64,000 nucleotides of DNA from Pseudomonadota bacterium. Lineage in GTDB: Bacteria > Desulfobacterota > Desulfobacteria > Desulfobacterales > JBDRRP01. Under the pieces are notes generated by a model, which did no database searches, was not told where the DNA came from, and worked only from the letters and a program-made list of their open reading frames with translations. The stretch spans positions 1-64,000 of the forward strand of contig JBDRRP010000045.1 of the NCBI GenBank assembly GCA_043825735.1, read 5' to 3'. Below are positions 1-9,510 of the stretch, piece after piece; positions within the stretch are counted from its first letter, which is position 1, and every line of letters starts with the position of its first letter. The position numbers and the translations under genes are program-made.

Positions 1-2762
1 TTGAAATATGCCAGGCCGAATGAGTCCGCCAGGCCCAGTACTTCGCCGGTGGAGCGCATTTCAGGGCCGAGGAGCGGGTCGACTTCCGGAAACATGTTGA
101 AGGGAAACACCGCCTCTTTTACCCCGAAATGCGGTATGGGACTGTGTGTTAACTTCAGATCAGTGAGCTTCTGGCCCAGCATGATGCGGGTCGCCAGATT
201 GGCCATGGGGATATTGCAGACCTTGGACACAATCGGCACGGTGCGTGACGCCCGGGGATTGGCCTCCAGGATGTAGACCGTATCGTTGGCAATGGCATAC
301 TGGATATTCATCAAACCGACGACGTTGAGTTCAATGGCAATTTTGCGGGTATATTCCTGAATGGTTTCAATATGCTTCCGGGGAATGCTGACCGGCGGAA
401 TCACACAGGCGGAGTCGCCGGAGTGAACCCCCGCCAGCTCGATGTGTTCCATCACAGCCGGGACAAAGGCGTCGGTTCCGTCGGCAATTGCGTCGGCTTC
501 GGCCTCGATTGCGTTTTCAAGGAACTTGTCGATTAAAATCGGCCGCTGGGGCGATACATTGACGGCGGCGTCCATATAACGGGACAGCATGTCTTCGTCC
601 AGCACCACTTCCATAGCGCGTCCGCCCAGGACATAGGAGGGGCGGACCATCAAGGGATAGCCGATCCTTTTCGCTATCTCCAGGGCCTCTGTTAAATTAG
701 CAGCCATGCCGGATTCGGGCTGGGGGATGCCCAGCTTGCGCATGACCTTGCGAAAACGGTCGCGGTCTTCAGCAAGGTCGATGGTTTCCGGAGTCGTACC
801 GATGATGCGGACACCGGCTTCAGCCAGTTCAGCGGCGATATTCAGCGGCGTCTGCCCGCCGAATTGAACAATGACGCCTTCGGGATTTTCCTTCTGGTAG
901 ATGCTCAGAACGTCTTCAACCGTCAGCGGTTCGAAATAGAGTTTGTCGGAGGTGTCGTAGTCGGTTGAAACGGTTTCAGGATTGCAGTTGACCATGATGG
1001 ATTCATAACCGGCATCACGGATGGCAAGGGCCGCGTGGACACAGCAATAATCAAATTCAATTCCCTGGCCGATACGGTTGGGGCCGCCGCCCAGCACCAT
1101 GATCTTTTTCCGTCCGCTTACCGGGACACTGTCGGGGGCATTGTAGGTGGAATAGTAATAGGCGGCATTTTCGACACCGCTGACGGGGACCGCTTCCCAT
1201 GATTCGGTGACCCCCAGGGAGATTCGCCGGGCGCGGATATCTTTTTCAGGAATCTCCAGGCGTTCGGCCAGATAACGGTCGGCAAAACCGTCTTTTTTGG
1301 CCCGGATGAAAAGATCGTCCGGAAGCGTTTTTGCTTTATACGCGAGGATGGCCTCTTCAAGTTCGACCAGTTCCTTCATCTGCTGAATAAACCAGGGTTT
1401 AATGTGGGTTTTTTCATAAAGGGTCTCAATATCAACCCCTTTGCGCAGTGCTTCATACATCATGAACTGGCGTTCACTGGTGGGTGTTCCCAGCATCTGC
1501 AACAACTCTTCGGCCGATTTTTTGTTGAAATCCTTGGCGAACCCCAAACCATAGCGGTTCGTTTCCAGAGACCGGATGGCTTTTTGGAGCGCTTCTTTAT
1601 AGTTTTTACCGATGCTCATGACTTCGCCCACCGCCCGCATCTGGGTGCCGAGCTTGTCTTCGATGCCTTTGAATTTTTCAAAGGCCCAGCGAGCAAATTT
1701 AACCACGACATAATCCCCCGAGGGTGTGTATTTTTCCAGGGTACCATCCCGCCAGTAGGGTATTTCATCCATGGTCAGTCCGCCGGCCAGAAGCGATGAG
1801 ACCAATGCAATGGGAAATCCGGTGGCTTTTGAAGCCAGCGCGGATGATCGCGAGGTGCGCGGGTTGATCTCAATGACGACAACCCGTCCGGTTTTGGGGT
1901 CATGGGCAAACTGGATATTGGTGCCGCCGATGACTTCGATGGCTTCGACGATCGAGTAGGAATACTGCTGCAGGCGCTGCTGAAGTTCTTTGGCAATGGT
2001 CAGCATCGGCGCCGTACAGTACGAGTCGCCGGTGTGAATTCCCATGGCATCGACATTTTCAATAAAGCAGACGGTGATCATCTGGTTTTTGGCGTCGCGC
2101 ACCACTTCCAGCTCCAGTTCTTCCCAGCCAAGGACCGATTCCTCCACCAGCACCTGGTGAACCATGCTCGCCGCCAGTCCCCGTGCAACCACCGTCCGCA
2201 ACTCCTCCAGATTGTAAACCAGTCCGCCGCCCGTCCCCCCCATGGTGTAGGCCGGGCGGATCACCAGTGGAAACCCCAGCGACTCGGCCGCGGCTTCGGC
2301 CTCGGCCACGGTATCCGCTATTTGGCTGCAAGGCATGTCGATGCCCAGTCTTGTCATGGTTTCTTTAAACGCCAGCCGGTCTTCACCGCGCTCGATAGCA
2401 TCCACATTGACACCAATAATTTTAACGCCGTATTCGTCCAGCACGCCCAGACGATAAAGCTCCGATGACAGGTTCAGACCCTGCTGCCCACCGAGGTTCG
2501 GCAGCAGTGCGTCCGGGCGCTCTTTGGCGATGATTTCGGTGAGCACCTTGGCGTTGAGCGGTTCGATATAGGTGACATCCGCCGTGCCCGGGTCGGTCAT
2601 GATGGTGGCCGGATTGGAGTTGACCAGCACGATCTTGTAACCGAGAGAACGCAGGGCCTTGCAGGCCTGGGTGCCGGAGTAATCGAATTCGCAGGCCTGT
2701 CCGATGATGATGGGACCTGAACCGATAATTAATACTTTGTGGATGTCCTCGCGTCTGGGCAT
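1..2762 (-). CDS. carB: Carbamoyl-phosphate synthase large subunit (partial, runs off left edge)
   Basis: Read manually; absent from the ORF track because there is no stop in the window. ATG at 2762 with GGAG RBS. Translates MPRREDIHKVLIIGSGPIIIGQACEFDYSGTQACKAL...NSNPATIMTD, later LGGGPNRIGQGIEFDYCCVH and LEANPRASRTVP. Confidence 0.97.
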   Translation of the reverse strand, partial: MPRREDIHKVLIIGSGPIIIGQACEFDYSGTQACKALRSLGYKIVLVNSNPATIMTDPGTADVTYIEPLNAKVLTEIIAKERPDALLPNLGGQQGLNLSSELYRLGVLDEYGVKIIGVNVDAIERGEDRLAFKETMTRLGIDMPCSQIADTVAEAEAAAESLGFPLVIRPAYTMGGTGGGLVYNLEELRTVVARGLAASMVHQVLVEESVLGWEELELEVVRDAKNQMITVCFIENVDAMGIHTGDSYCTAPMLTIAKELQQRLQQYSYSIVEAIEVIGGTNIQFAHDPKTGRVVVIEINPRTSRSSALASKATGFPIALVSSLLAGGLTMDEIPYWRDGTLEKYTPSGDYVVVKFARWAFEKFKGIEDKLGTQMRAVGEVMSIGKNYKEALQKAIRSLETNRYGLGFAKDFNKKSAEELLQMLGTPTSERQFMMYEALRKGVDIETLYEKTHIKPWFIQQMKELVELEEAILAYKAKTLPDDLFIRAKKDGFADRYLAERLEIPEKDIRARRISLGVTESWEAVPVSGVENAAYYYSTYNAPDSVPVSGRKKIMVLGGGPNRIGQGIEFDYCCVHAALAIRDAGYESIMVNCNPETVSTDYDTSDKLYFEPLTVEDVLSIYQKENPEGVIVQFGGQTPLNIAAELAEAGVRIIGTTPETIDLAEDRDRFRKVMRKLGIPQPESGMAANLTEALEIAKRIGYPLMVRPSYVLGGRAMEVVLDEDMLSRYMDAAVNVSPQRPILIDKFLENAIEAEADAIADGTDAFVPAVMEHIELAGVHSGDSACVIPPVSIPRKHIETIQEYTRKIAIELNVVGLMNIQYAIANDTVYILEANPRASRTVPIVSKVCNIPMANLATRIMLGQKLTDLKLTHSPIPHFGVKEAVFPFNMFPEVDPLLGPEMRSTGEVLGLADSFGLAYF

Positions 2763-3017
2763 GGGGGCTCCTTTTCTCAGTAGACTGATGAATGGGGATA
2801 GGGGCTTCTCGAAATCAGACCCACTTAATATTCAACCGAGGTCAAAGTAAAGTGCTTTGTGCCAGGTGTCGCCTTAACTTATTGCCGATATTGACATGAC
2901 GATGCGCACCTGTTTGAATGGGTGCCCTTGACGGCTGCCACTGGGAAAACTGTCATTAGCACCACTGATTCTTCACGGCCCCCATACCTACGGGCCACAC
3001 CACGCGAGGAGTGCAAC

Positions 3018-4430
3018 ATGGGCGGATTGTTCGGTACGGTTTCCAGAGAAGACTGCGTGCGGGATCTGTTCTACGGCGTCGACTATCACTTTCATCTGGG
3101 AACCAAGCGGGGGGGGATGGCCGTCTGGAACGGCAAGCGTTTCATCCGCACCATTCACAGTATCGAAAGCGACTATTTCCGCAGCAAATTCGAACCCGAC
3201 CTCAACAAATTCGACGGCCGCATGGGCATCGGCGTCATCAGCGACAACGATTCCCAGCCGCTGATCATCGCCAGCCACCTGGGCACCTTCGCCATCGCCA
3301 CCGTGGGCCGCATTACGAATATGGAGGCCCTGACAGCGACCGCCTGCCAGCGAAGGGAGCACTTTTCCGAGTCCGCCAGCGGGGTCACCAACCCCACGGA
3401 GCTGGTGGCCTCACTGATCTGCAGCGCCGATAGCCTTCTGGACGGAATCCGCTTTGCTCAGGAGCAGATCCAGGGATCCTGCAGCCTTCTGCTGCTGACC
3501 GACGATGGGCTCTGGGCAGCCAGAGACCGCCTGGGACGCACGCCGCTGATTGTGGGAAAGAAAACCGCAGGATACGCGGTCGCTTCAGAGAGCTGCGCGT
3601 TTCCCAACCTTGAATTCGAGCAGGTAAAGGACCTTGGCCCCGGCGAGATCGTCTTTCTCAACCCCGATGGCATGCAGCAGCGCCGCCCCCCCGGTGATGA
3701 GATGCAAGTATGCTCCTTTCTGTGGGTCTACTACGGCTACCCTGCCTCCGACTACGAGGGGATCAATGTTGAAGCGGTGAGATACCGCTGCGGGTGCGCG
3801 CTCGCGGCAGAGGATCCGGTCAGCCCGGATTGTGTCGCCGGCATACCGGATTCGGGCATCGGGCATGCCCTGGGATATGCGCACTGCCGCCAGGTCCCCT
3901 ATATGCGACCCTACGTCAAGTACACCCCCACCTGGCCCCGCAGTTTCATGCCCCAAAACCAACGCATGCGCGATCTGGTGGCCAGCATGAAACTGATCCC
4001 CGTCAAAAGCCTCATCCGGGGAAAGCGCATTCTCTTCTGCGACGACAGCATCGTCAGGGGAACCCAGCTCAAAGACAATGTCCAGGCCCTGTTCGAGGCC
4101 GGCGCGGCGGAAGTCCACATGCGCATCGCCTGCCCCACCCTGATTTTTCCCTGCGATTTTTTAAACTTCTCCACGTCCCGCTCAACGCTGGATCTGGCCG
4201 GCCGCCTGGCCATCACCGAGCTCGAAGGCGTGGCCGAACCGGACCCCGCGGTCCTTGCCGATTACGCGAACGCGGGCACCGACCGGCACCGGGCCATGGT
4301 GGAAAGCATCCGCGAGCGCCTGCACCTGACAACATTGAAGTACCAGACCATGAACGATCTGGTGCTGGCCATCGGGCTTCCCAAGGAAAAGCTCTGCACC
4401 CATTGCTGGGACGGCAGCAGCCGATTTTAA
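3018..4430 (+). CDS. purF: Amidophosphoribosyltransferase-like protein (PurF family, N-terminal Cys replaced by Gly)
   Basis: ATG 3018 after GAGGAG. Starts MGGLFG. Has ARDRLGRTPL, ASESCAF, PDSG, the PRPP loop DDSIVRGT and Fe-S-type cysteines (CSFLWVY, CP..FPC, CTHC). Confidence 0.88.
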   Translation: MGGLFGTVSREDCVRDLFYGVDYHFHLGTKRGGMAVWNGKRFIRTIHSIESDYFRSKFEPDLNKFDGRMGIGVISDNDSQPLIIASHLGTFAIATVGRITNMEALTATACQRREHFSESASGVTNPTELVASLICSADSLLDGIRFAQEQIQGSCSLLLLTDDGLWAARDRLGRTPLIVGKKTAGYAVASESCAFPNLEFEQVKDLGPGEIVFLNPDGMQQRRPPGDEMQVCSFLWVYYGYPASDYEGINVEAVRYRCGCALAAEDPVSPDCVAGIPDSGIGHALGYAHCRQVPYMRPYVKYTPTWPRSFMPQNQRMRDLVASMKLIPVKSLIRGKRILFCDDSIVRGTQLKDNVQALFEAGAAEVHMRIACPTLIFPCDFLNFSTSRSTLDLAGRLAITELEGVAEPDPAVLADYANAGTDRHRAMVESIRERLHLTTLKYQTMNDLVLAIGLPKEKLCTHCWDGSSRF

Positions 4431-4507
4431 CCGGCTGCCGATTTATTTGATCTGTTTACCCTCTCAGTCATCTCCGCCCATACGCATTTGACATCATCGA
4501 CCCGTCT

Positions 4508-6394
4508 TTGTACTGGTGGATTCGATTTCCCATTGTTTTCCCAGGCATCCGTTTTCCCGAAACCAGGAGGCAGGGTTACGCGTTGAGAGACCCCCAAAAG
4601 CAGCAACCAACGGTTTTAAAAACAGAATTAGAGATCTTCGCCCACAACTACATCATCAAGGTGATCCTGTATGTGATCATGCCGATACTGATCACCTTGG
4701 CAGGCTATTTCGCTTTCAAAAAAAACACGATCAGCCTGCTGATGATATTGTGGATTCTCTTAATAGACATCGTTGTTATCGTTGTAGATCGCAGGCGAAT
4801 CGCGCAGGCCCAAAAAGCCAAAACCATCGGCGCACTCTACCAGCTCCAGGTCATATCCTGCGGGCTGTTGCTCTTTTATGGGATTTGCATCCTGGGAAGA
4901 TGGGAGCTGATTCCATGGACGTTTGCGTTCTATTATCTTGCCATTATCGTTTCGGGCATAAAGGGCGGTTCAATGATTGCCGGCACGCTCATTGTTTCGG
5001 TGTGTCTGGCCTACCCGTTTTCTGCACCGCCGGCATCCGTATCCGTTTATGATTTGATGATCCGTTTTATTCCATCGTCGATCCTGTGCATCGTATTTAT
5101 GGCAAGCACGGAGCACGTCAGAAATACCTATCGACGCCGTCTGGTCTCAACCAACGCCGGATTGGCGGAATCAGAGGAAAAATATCGATCGCTATACAAT
5201 CAGCTCACAATTGAAATCGGTGAGCGAAAAAAGATGGAAAACCGCCTTCTCCATACCCAGAAAATGGAATCAATCGGTACGCTGGCCGCTGGAATCGCTC
5301 ACGATTTCAACAATCTTCTGTTTCCCATTGTCGGCATGGCGGAATTATTGTTGTTGGAACTTCCTTCGGGCAGCCCTGAGCACCAGAATGCGCATGAAAT
5401 TTTAGAGGCCGGAAACAAAGCCTCGGATCTGGTAACGCAAATCCTGTCCTTCGCCCGTAAAACCGATCGCAAAAAAATACCGGTGAGTCTGCCTCAGATA
5501 CTCAGACAGGTTTTAAAGTTTATCCATTCTCTGATTCCTTCCTATATCGAGATTGACCAAGACATTCAAAAAGACTGCGGAATGGTGGCCGGTGAACCGA
5601 CTAAAATTCACCAGGTCATCATGAACCTGATCACCAATGCATTTCACGCGGTTGAATCTGCCAAGGGCAAGATCTTTATTCAATTGAAGGAAGTCGTGAT
5701 TGAAGATCAGGATGGGTTTGACAGCCCGCTCACACCGGGTCCTTATGTTCTTTTGTCAGTCTGCGACACCGGGCACGGCATGGACATTGCCACCTTGGAA
5801 AAAATTTTTGATCCGTATTTCACCACGAAAGATCTCGACAAAGGGACCGGACTCGGACTCGCTGTTGTTTACGGCATCGTCAGTGAGCTCGAGGGAAGTA
5901 TCGAAGTCTATAGTGAAATCGACAGAGGTTCGACATTCGATATTTACCTGCCCATCATCGATCACCCGGTAGAAAAAGCGCCGGAAAAAACGGCGGTCAT
6001 ACAAGCAACAGGCGACGAGCGGATCCTCCTTGTTGATGATGATACGCAGGTTTTGACGGTTCAACAGCGACTGCTCAAAAAGCTCGGTTACCAGGTTAGC
6101 GCTGAAAGCAATGCCGCGGACGCATTGAGGGCGTTCAAGGCAGATCCCCAGGCCTATGATTTGGTATTGACGGATATGGCGATGCCGGGGCTGTCTGGAG
6201 ACCGGCTCGCCAAGGCGTTAATGTCCATTCGGCCGGATATCCCCATCATTATCTGCACCGGGTTCAGCGAAAGCATAACCCCGGAACAAGCGATGGCGAT
6301 CGGCATCCGCGGTTTTTTGATGAAACCGATCCAAATGGCCGATCTGGCTCAAATGGTCAGAAAGTTACTGGATGGCTGCGACGGCAGTAATTGA
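4508..6394 (+). CDS. Membrane-bound hybrid sensor histidine kinase/response regulator
   Basis: Several N-terminal hydrophobic segments, H-box [11 protein letters not shown]-box NLITNA, G boxes (DTGHGM, FTTK, GTGLGL) and a C-terminal REC (LVDDD, TDMAMP, KP). Start uncertain. Confidence 0.92.
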   Translation: MYWWIRFPIVFPGIRFPETRRQGYALRDPQKQQPTVLKTELEIFAHNYIIKVILYVIMPILITLAGYFAFKKNTISLLMILWILLIDIVVIVVDRRRIAQAQKAKTIGALYQLQVISCGLLLFYGICILGRWELIPWTFAFYYLAIIVSGIKGGSMIAGTLIVSVCLAYPFSAPPASVSVYDLMIRFIPSSILCIVFMASTEHVRNTYRRRLVSTNAGLAESEEKYRSLYNQLTIEIGERKKMENRLLHTQKMESIGTLAAGIAHDFNNLLFPIVGMAELLLLELPSGSPEHQNAHEILEAGNKASDLVTQILSFARKTDRKKIPVSLPQILRQVLKFIHSLIPSYIEIDQDIQKDCGMVAGEPTKIHQVIMNLITNAFHAVESAKGKIFIQLKEVVIEDQDGFDSPLTPGPYVLLSVCDTGHGMDIATLEKIFDPYFTTKDLDKGTGLGLAVVYGIVSELEGSIEVYSEIDRGSTFDIYLPIIDHPVEKAPEKTAVIQATGDERILLVDDDTQVLTVQQRLLKKLGYQVSAESNAADALRAFKADPQAYDLVLTDMAMPGLSGDRLAKALMSIRPDIPIIICTGFSESITPEQAMAIGIRGFLMKPIQMADLAQMVRKLLDGCDGSN

Positions 6395-6397
6395 GGC

Positions 6398-7069
6398 TCA
6401 GCGGACGGGCGCGGCGCCCACCCGCCGGACCAGGGTTTCCATGGAAAGATTGATTTCCCGGGTCAGTGACGGCGGCACGTCGTTGTCGAAGTGATAGGTC
6501 GCCCGGGGCCAGCGCAATGCTTCCATCAGCGCTTCTTCACCATACAGACTCATCATCTGGGCATCCATGAGAACCCCGTTCTGAATATATATGCGGCAAT
6601 TGGGTCGCGCGTCAGCGGAAACGATGATGGTGCCGGTGCCGTGCTGCGAGCTTACGATATCGAGAAACTGGAGAAGGGAGATGCCCTGTTCGTCCGACGG
6701 AGGCGGTATGATTTCAAGTGCCGTCAGGACCGCGGCCGCCAGGTCTTCGACATCGAAGGGTTTCTGGTAGAACTTTAAAAGATCAGAAGGCATCTTGGCC
6801 TTCAGGCGGGCGGTTCCGTAAGCGGTCATAACGATGCAGGGCACATGGGGCATGAAGGCGTTCAGATAGGCCAGAACGATGAACCCCTTGGCGCGCGGCA
6901 TGTGGATGTCGGTGATCACCAGATCGAACGGCTGCGATTCGAGGGCTTTTACGGCCGCATGGCCGTCTTCCACCTCGATGATGGCAAAATGCTCGCCGTT
7001 CTTGAGCAGGGCGCGGTTCAAGATTTTTCGCTGGATGGGATCGTCTTCTGCGATGAGAATCTGCTTCAC
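6398..7069 (-). CDS. Response regulator with REC and a DUF4388/PATAN-like C-terminal domain
   Basis: ILIAEDD, ITDIHMP, MTAYG, KPF. C-terminal 'SLLQFLD..S....TGTI.V...CRIYIQNG.L.DA...L.GEEAL' pattern. Confidence 0.85.
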   Translation of the reverse strand: MKQILIAEDDPIQRKILNRALLKNGEHFAIIEVEDGHAAVKALESQPFDLVITDIHMPRAKGFIVLAYLNAFMPHVPCIVMTAYGTARLKAKMPSDLLKFYQKPFDVEDLAAAVLTALEIIPPPSDEQGISLLQFLDIVSSQHGTGTIIVSADARPNCRIYIQNGVLMDAQMMSLYGEEALMEALRWPRATYHFDNDVPPSLTREINLSMETLVRRVGAAPVR

Positions 7070-7384
7070 GGCTTGCTCCTTAGTGCTTCGACGCGCAATC
7101 GATTGGACGAATCCACAGACTCGGCACTAAGTCCTGAGTGAGTGAATGCGCCCTCGAATTTACGAATCGATGGAAGTAGCGTTTCTGCGGCATGTCGGTC
7201 GCACCACGCCTTGCCGGCAATCGCATTCCCACGTGTCTTTATCCGTTTTGAAAGCATCTGAAAAACCGAGTTAGAGATAGTTCCTATTAACCTCACTCTT
7301 TTCCCGGGTCAATGGCCATCACGACACGGCGCTCATTTCCACGGCACGGTGCCGCCTTCAAATGCCGCCAGGCTGTCTCCTTTT

Positions 7385-8233
7385 TTACTTCACGGGCGCC
7401 ATACACCCAAAAATGTCATCCAGAACGCGCTCAGCCCGACACAGTTCCGCAGTGGATGCGAAAACGGATTCCAACTCTCGAAAAATGTCATCATAGCCAG
7501 ACGGCGCAATACCGGCGTCCCTACGGTTCACTGGTGCCCTGGGATATTCGCCATTTTCGAAAAAATAGTTGCTGGGCCCCGGCGCATCCGGCCGTCGGTA
7601 GGGCCAGTGGCGCTGCAACGCTGAAAACTCCCGCAGCAGCGCGGCGATGGCCGAGGACGGGAACGCATCGGCCTCCGCAAGCGGTCGCCCCAGGAGACGT
7701 TCCACCCTCTCGAACACCGCGGCAAGCAGTCGCCGCTCGGTGACCATGAGTCCGTAATCATACCAGGAATCGAAGGCTTGCCTGACAATCAAGAGGTGGG
7801 CCGCAGGAAGCTGCCGGGTCGACGGGCAAAAATAGGTGGCACAGGCCAGTCCCCCATAATAGCTCAGGCCTCGCCAATCGATGCCCGCGTTTCCCGCGGC
7901 CAAAGGATGGAGCAGGCAGCCCGCGCGGCGCTCCCCGTCAATGAGCCCCACGAAGGGACAGTGATGAAACCCCGGAAACGGTCGATCCGGGGGGCTGAAC
8001 CCCACGGCGCGCTCTGCAAAAGCATCGATGCCGGCAACCGTTCGGGGCACCTGGACAAAGGCCGCCGTGCGCTCCCGAAGCATGTCGGTGAGCGTTTCCC
8101 GGCTGAGACCGGCCACGTTGTAAAGTCCGCAGCATGCACCGCACGATAACGTGGCGCTGACCTGGCACATGTACACCCGCGGCGCATCCGGCGTCGAAGC
8201 TGCAACGGGTTCCGCGTGAACAGTGGATGGCAT
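7385..8233 (-). CDS. Cysteine-cluster protein (YkgJ-like, putative Fe-S/Zn binding), function unknown
   Basis: Motifs C..S..SCGACC, CPFVG, GCLLHP, C..YFCPS. Alternative upstream start at 8302. Confidence 0.6.
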   Translation of the reverse strand: MPSTVHAEPVAASTPDAPRVYMCQVSATLSCGACCGLYNVAGLSRETLTDMLRERTAAFVQVPRTVAGIDAFAERAVGFSPPDRPFPGFHHCPFVGLIDGERRAGCLLHPLAAGNAGIDWRGLSYYGGLACATYFCPSTRQLPAAHLLIVRQAFDSWYDYGLMVTERRLLAAVFERVERLLGRPLAEADAFPSSAIAALLREFSALQRHWPYRRPDAPGPSNYFFENGEYPRAPVNRRDAGIAPSGYDDIFRELESVFASTAELCRAERVLDDIFGCMAPVK

Positions 8234-8482
8234 AAAACGATCCGGGTCTATCTCTCTTGGGTTTCCGGCGCCATGCTTCCCGGTGATGGCACCGCAGGGC
8301 ATGCACTCGCTGAACTGGTTCAGATTATTGCCAAAAAGTCAATGCAGTCGTGATATATACTGATGGGGGGCATGGCCGTGGCGGGACCAGCACTGCGGTG
8401 CCGGCGGCGCCCCGCGGGAAGCACCGCCCGGCGCCCCGATCGGACCGGTTGCCGTCAACACCGTCGGAGTATATATTCCGCC

Positions 8483-9262
8483 ATGGAAACAGACCCACGG
8501 ACCGGTAAAGATACGAACACGGGGGCCATCATTGCCGCGGTGACGGCCCGCTTTCGATCCCCGGACATTGCCACGCATCTGGCGGCGCTGGCCGCGCGCC
8601 TGCCGTCCGCGGCCAGCCTGCTGGTGGTGGGCGGCGCCATTCGAAACGTCATCATGGACTGCGTCCACGGCGCCTGTCCGCCGACCCGGGACATCGATGT
8701 CTTCATCGACGGGCTGGACGCCGGTTTTTCTCTGACAGCGGCGCTGGCCGGAGAGACCACGACAGCCGCCGATCTCGGCGGTATCCGCTGGCAGCCCGCA
8801 CACGCCGCGCATGCCTGGGATCTGTGCCTTCTGCCGGCATTCGTCATCATCCGCCAATACGGACTCCCGCCCAACCGGCAAACCCTTCTGGCAAACATCG
8901 ACTTCAACGTCAACGCGGTCATTTATGAACCGAGCGCCCAACGGTTTGAGGAAAGCGGCTGCATCGCAGCCATCCGCCGTTGCGAGCTCGACTTCAACAG
9001 CCCGCGCTGGGTGGATCCCCTGCTGAGTCTCTACCGTATCCTGCTCATCGGTCACAAGACAGGGTTCGTCCTTTCCAGGCGGCTGTATACCTTCCTCCGC
9101 CGCAGCGCCGACATGGAAACGTTGCTGCGGCTGCGCCGGGTACTGGCGGCCAAGCAGGGCAAGGCCATGGCCGAGGCCATCATGGCCGATTACAACCGGA
9201 TAGCCGCCACCGCCGACTACGCCATGTACCGGAGACATTTTCAGTGCGCACCCGCCGTCTGA
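8483..9262 (+). CDS. Divergent class II nucleotidyltransferase (CCA-adding/poly(A) polymerase head domain)
   Basis: VVGGAIRN...RDIDVF (motif A with DxD), IDFNVNA (motif B-like), VDPLLSLYR (motif D-like). ATG 8483 preferred over 8363. Confidence 0.72.
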   Translation: METDPRTGKDTNTGAIIAAVTARFRSPDIATHLAALAARLPSAASLLVVGGAIRNVIMDCVHGACPPTRDIDVFIDGLDAGFSLTAALAGETTTAADLGGIRWQPAHAAHAWDLCLLPAFVIIRQYGLPPNRQTLLANIDFNVNAVIYEPSAQRFEESGCIAAIRRCELDFNSPRWVDPLLSLYRILLIGHKTGFVLSRRLYTFLRRSADMETLLRLRRVLAAKQGKAMAEAIMADYNRIAATADYAMYRRHFQCAPAV

Positions 9263-9510
9263 CAGCGGGCTTTACACCCAGACAAGACCGCTGACATTTT
9301 CAGGCGTTGCACCGAGGCCCCTGGAGCAGGACGCGTGACGGCGTCATGCACGAGGCAAGTTCCGCCGGCCGGCCGTTCCCTCTCACTGGCGGACCCGGCC
9401 GGCCAAACGACCGATCTGGTATACTGTTTGCTGTCGAATGCTTAATACGGTCCGGCCGATGGCGGCACCAACGCGTATCGCGAGATGACTGAGAACAGGG
9501 ATTCCCTGAA

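Noticed and set aside
1..2468. Plus-strand ORFs (1-276, 1404-1799, 1902-2468 and others)
   Set aside because: Antisense shadows of carB, which the ORF track missed.
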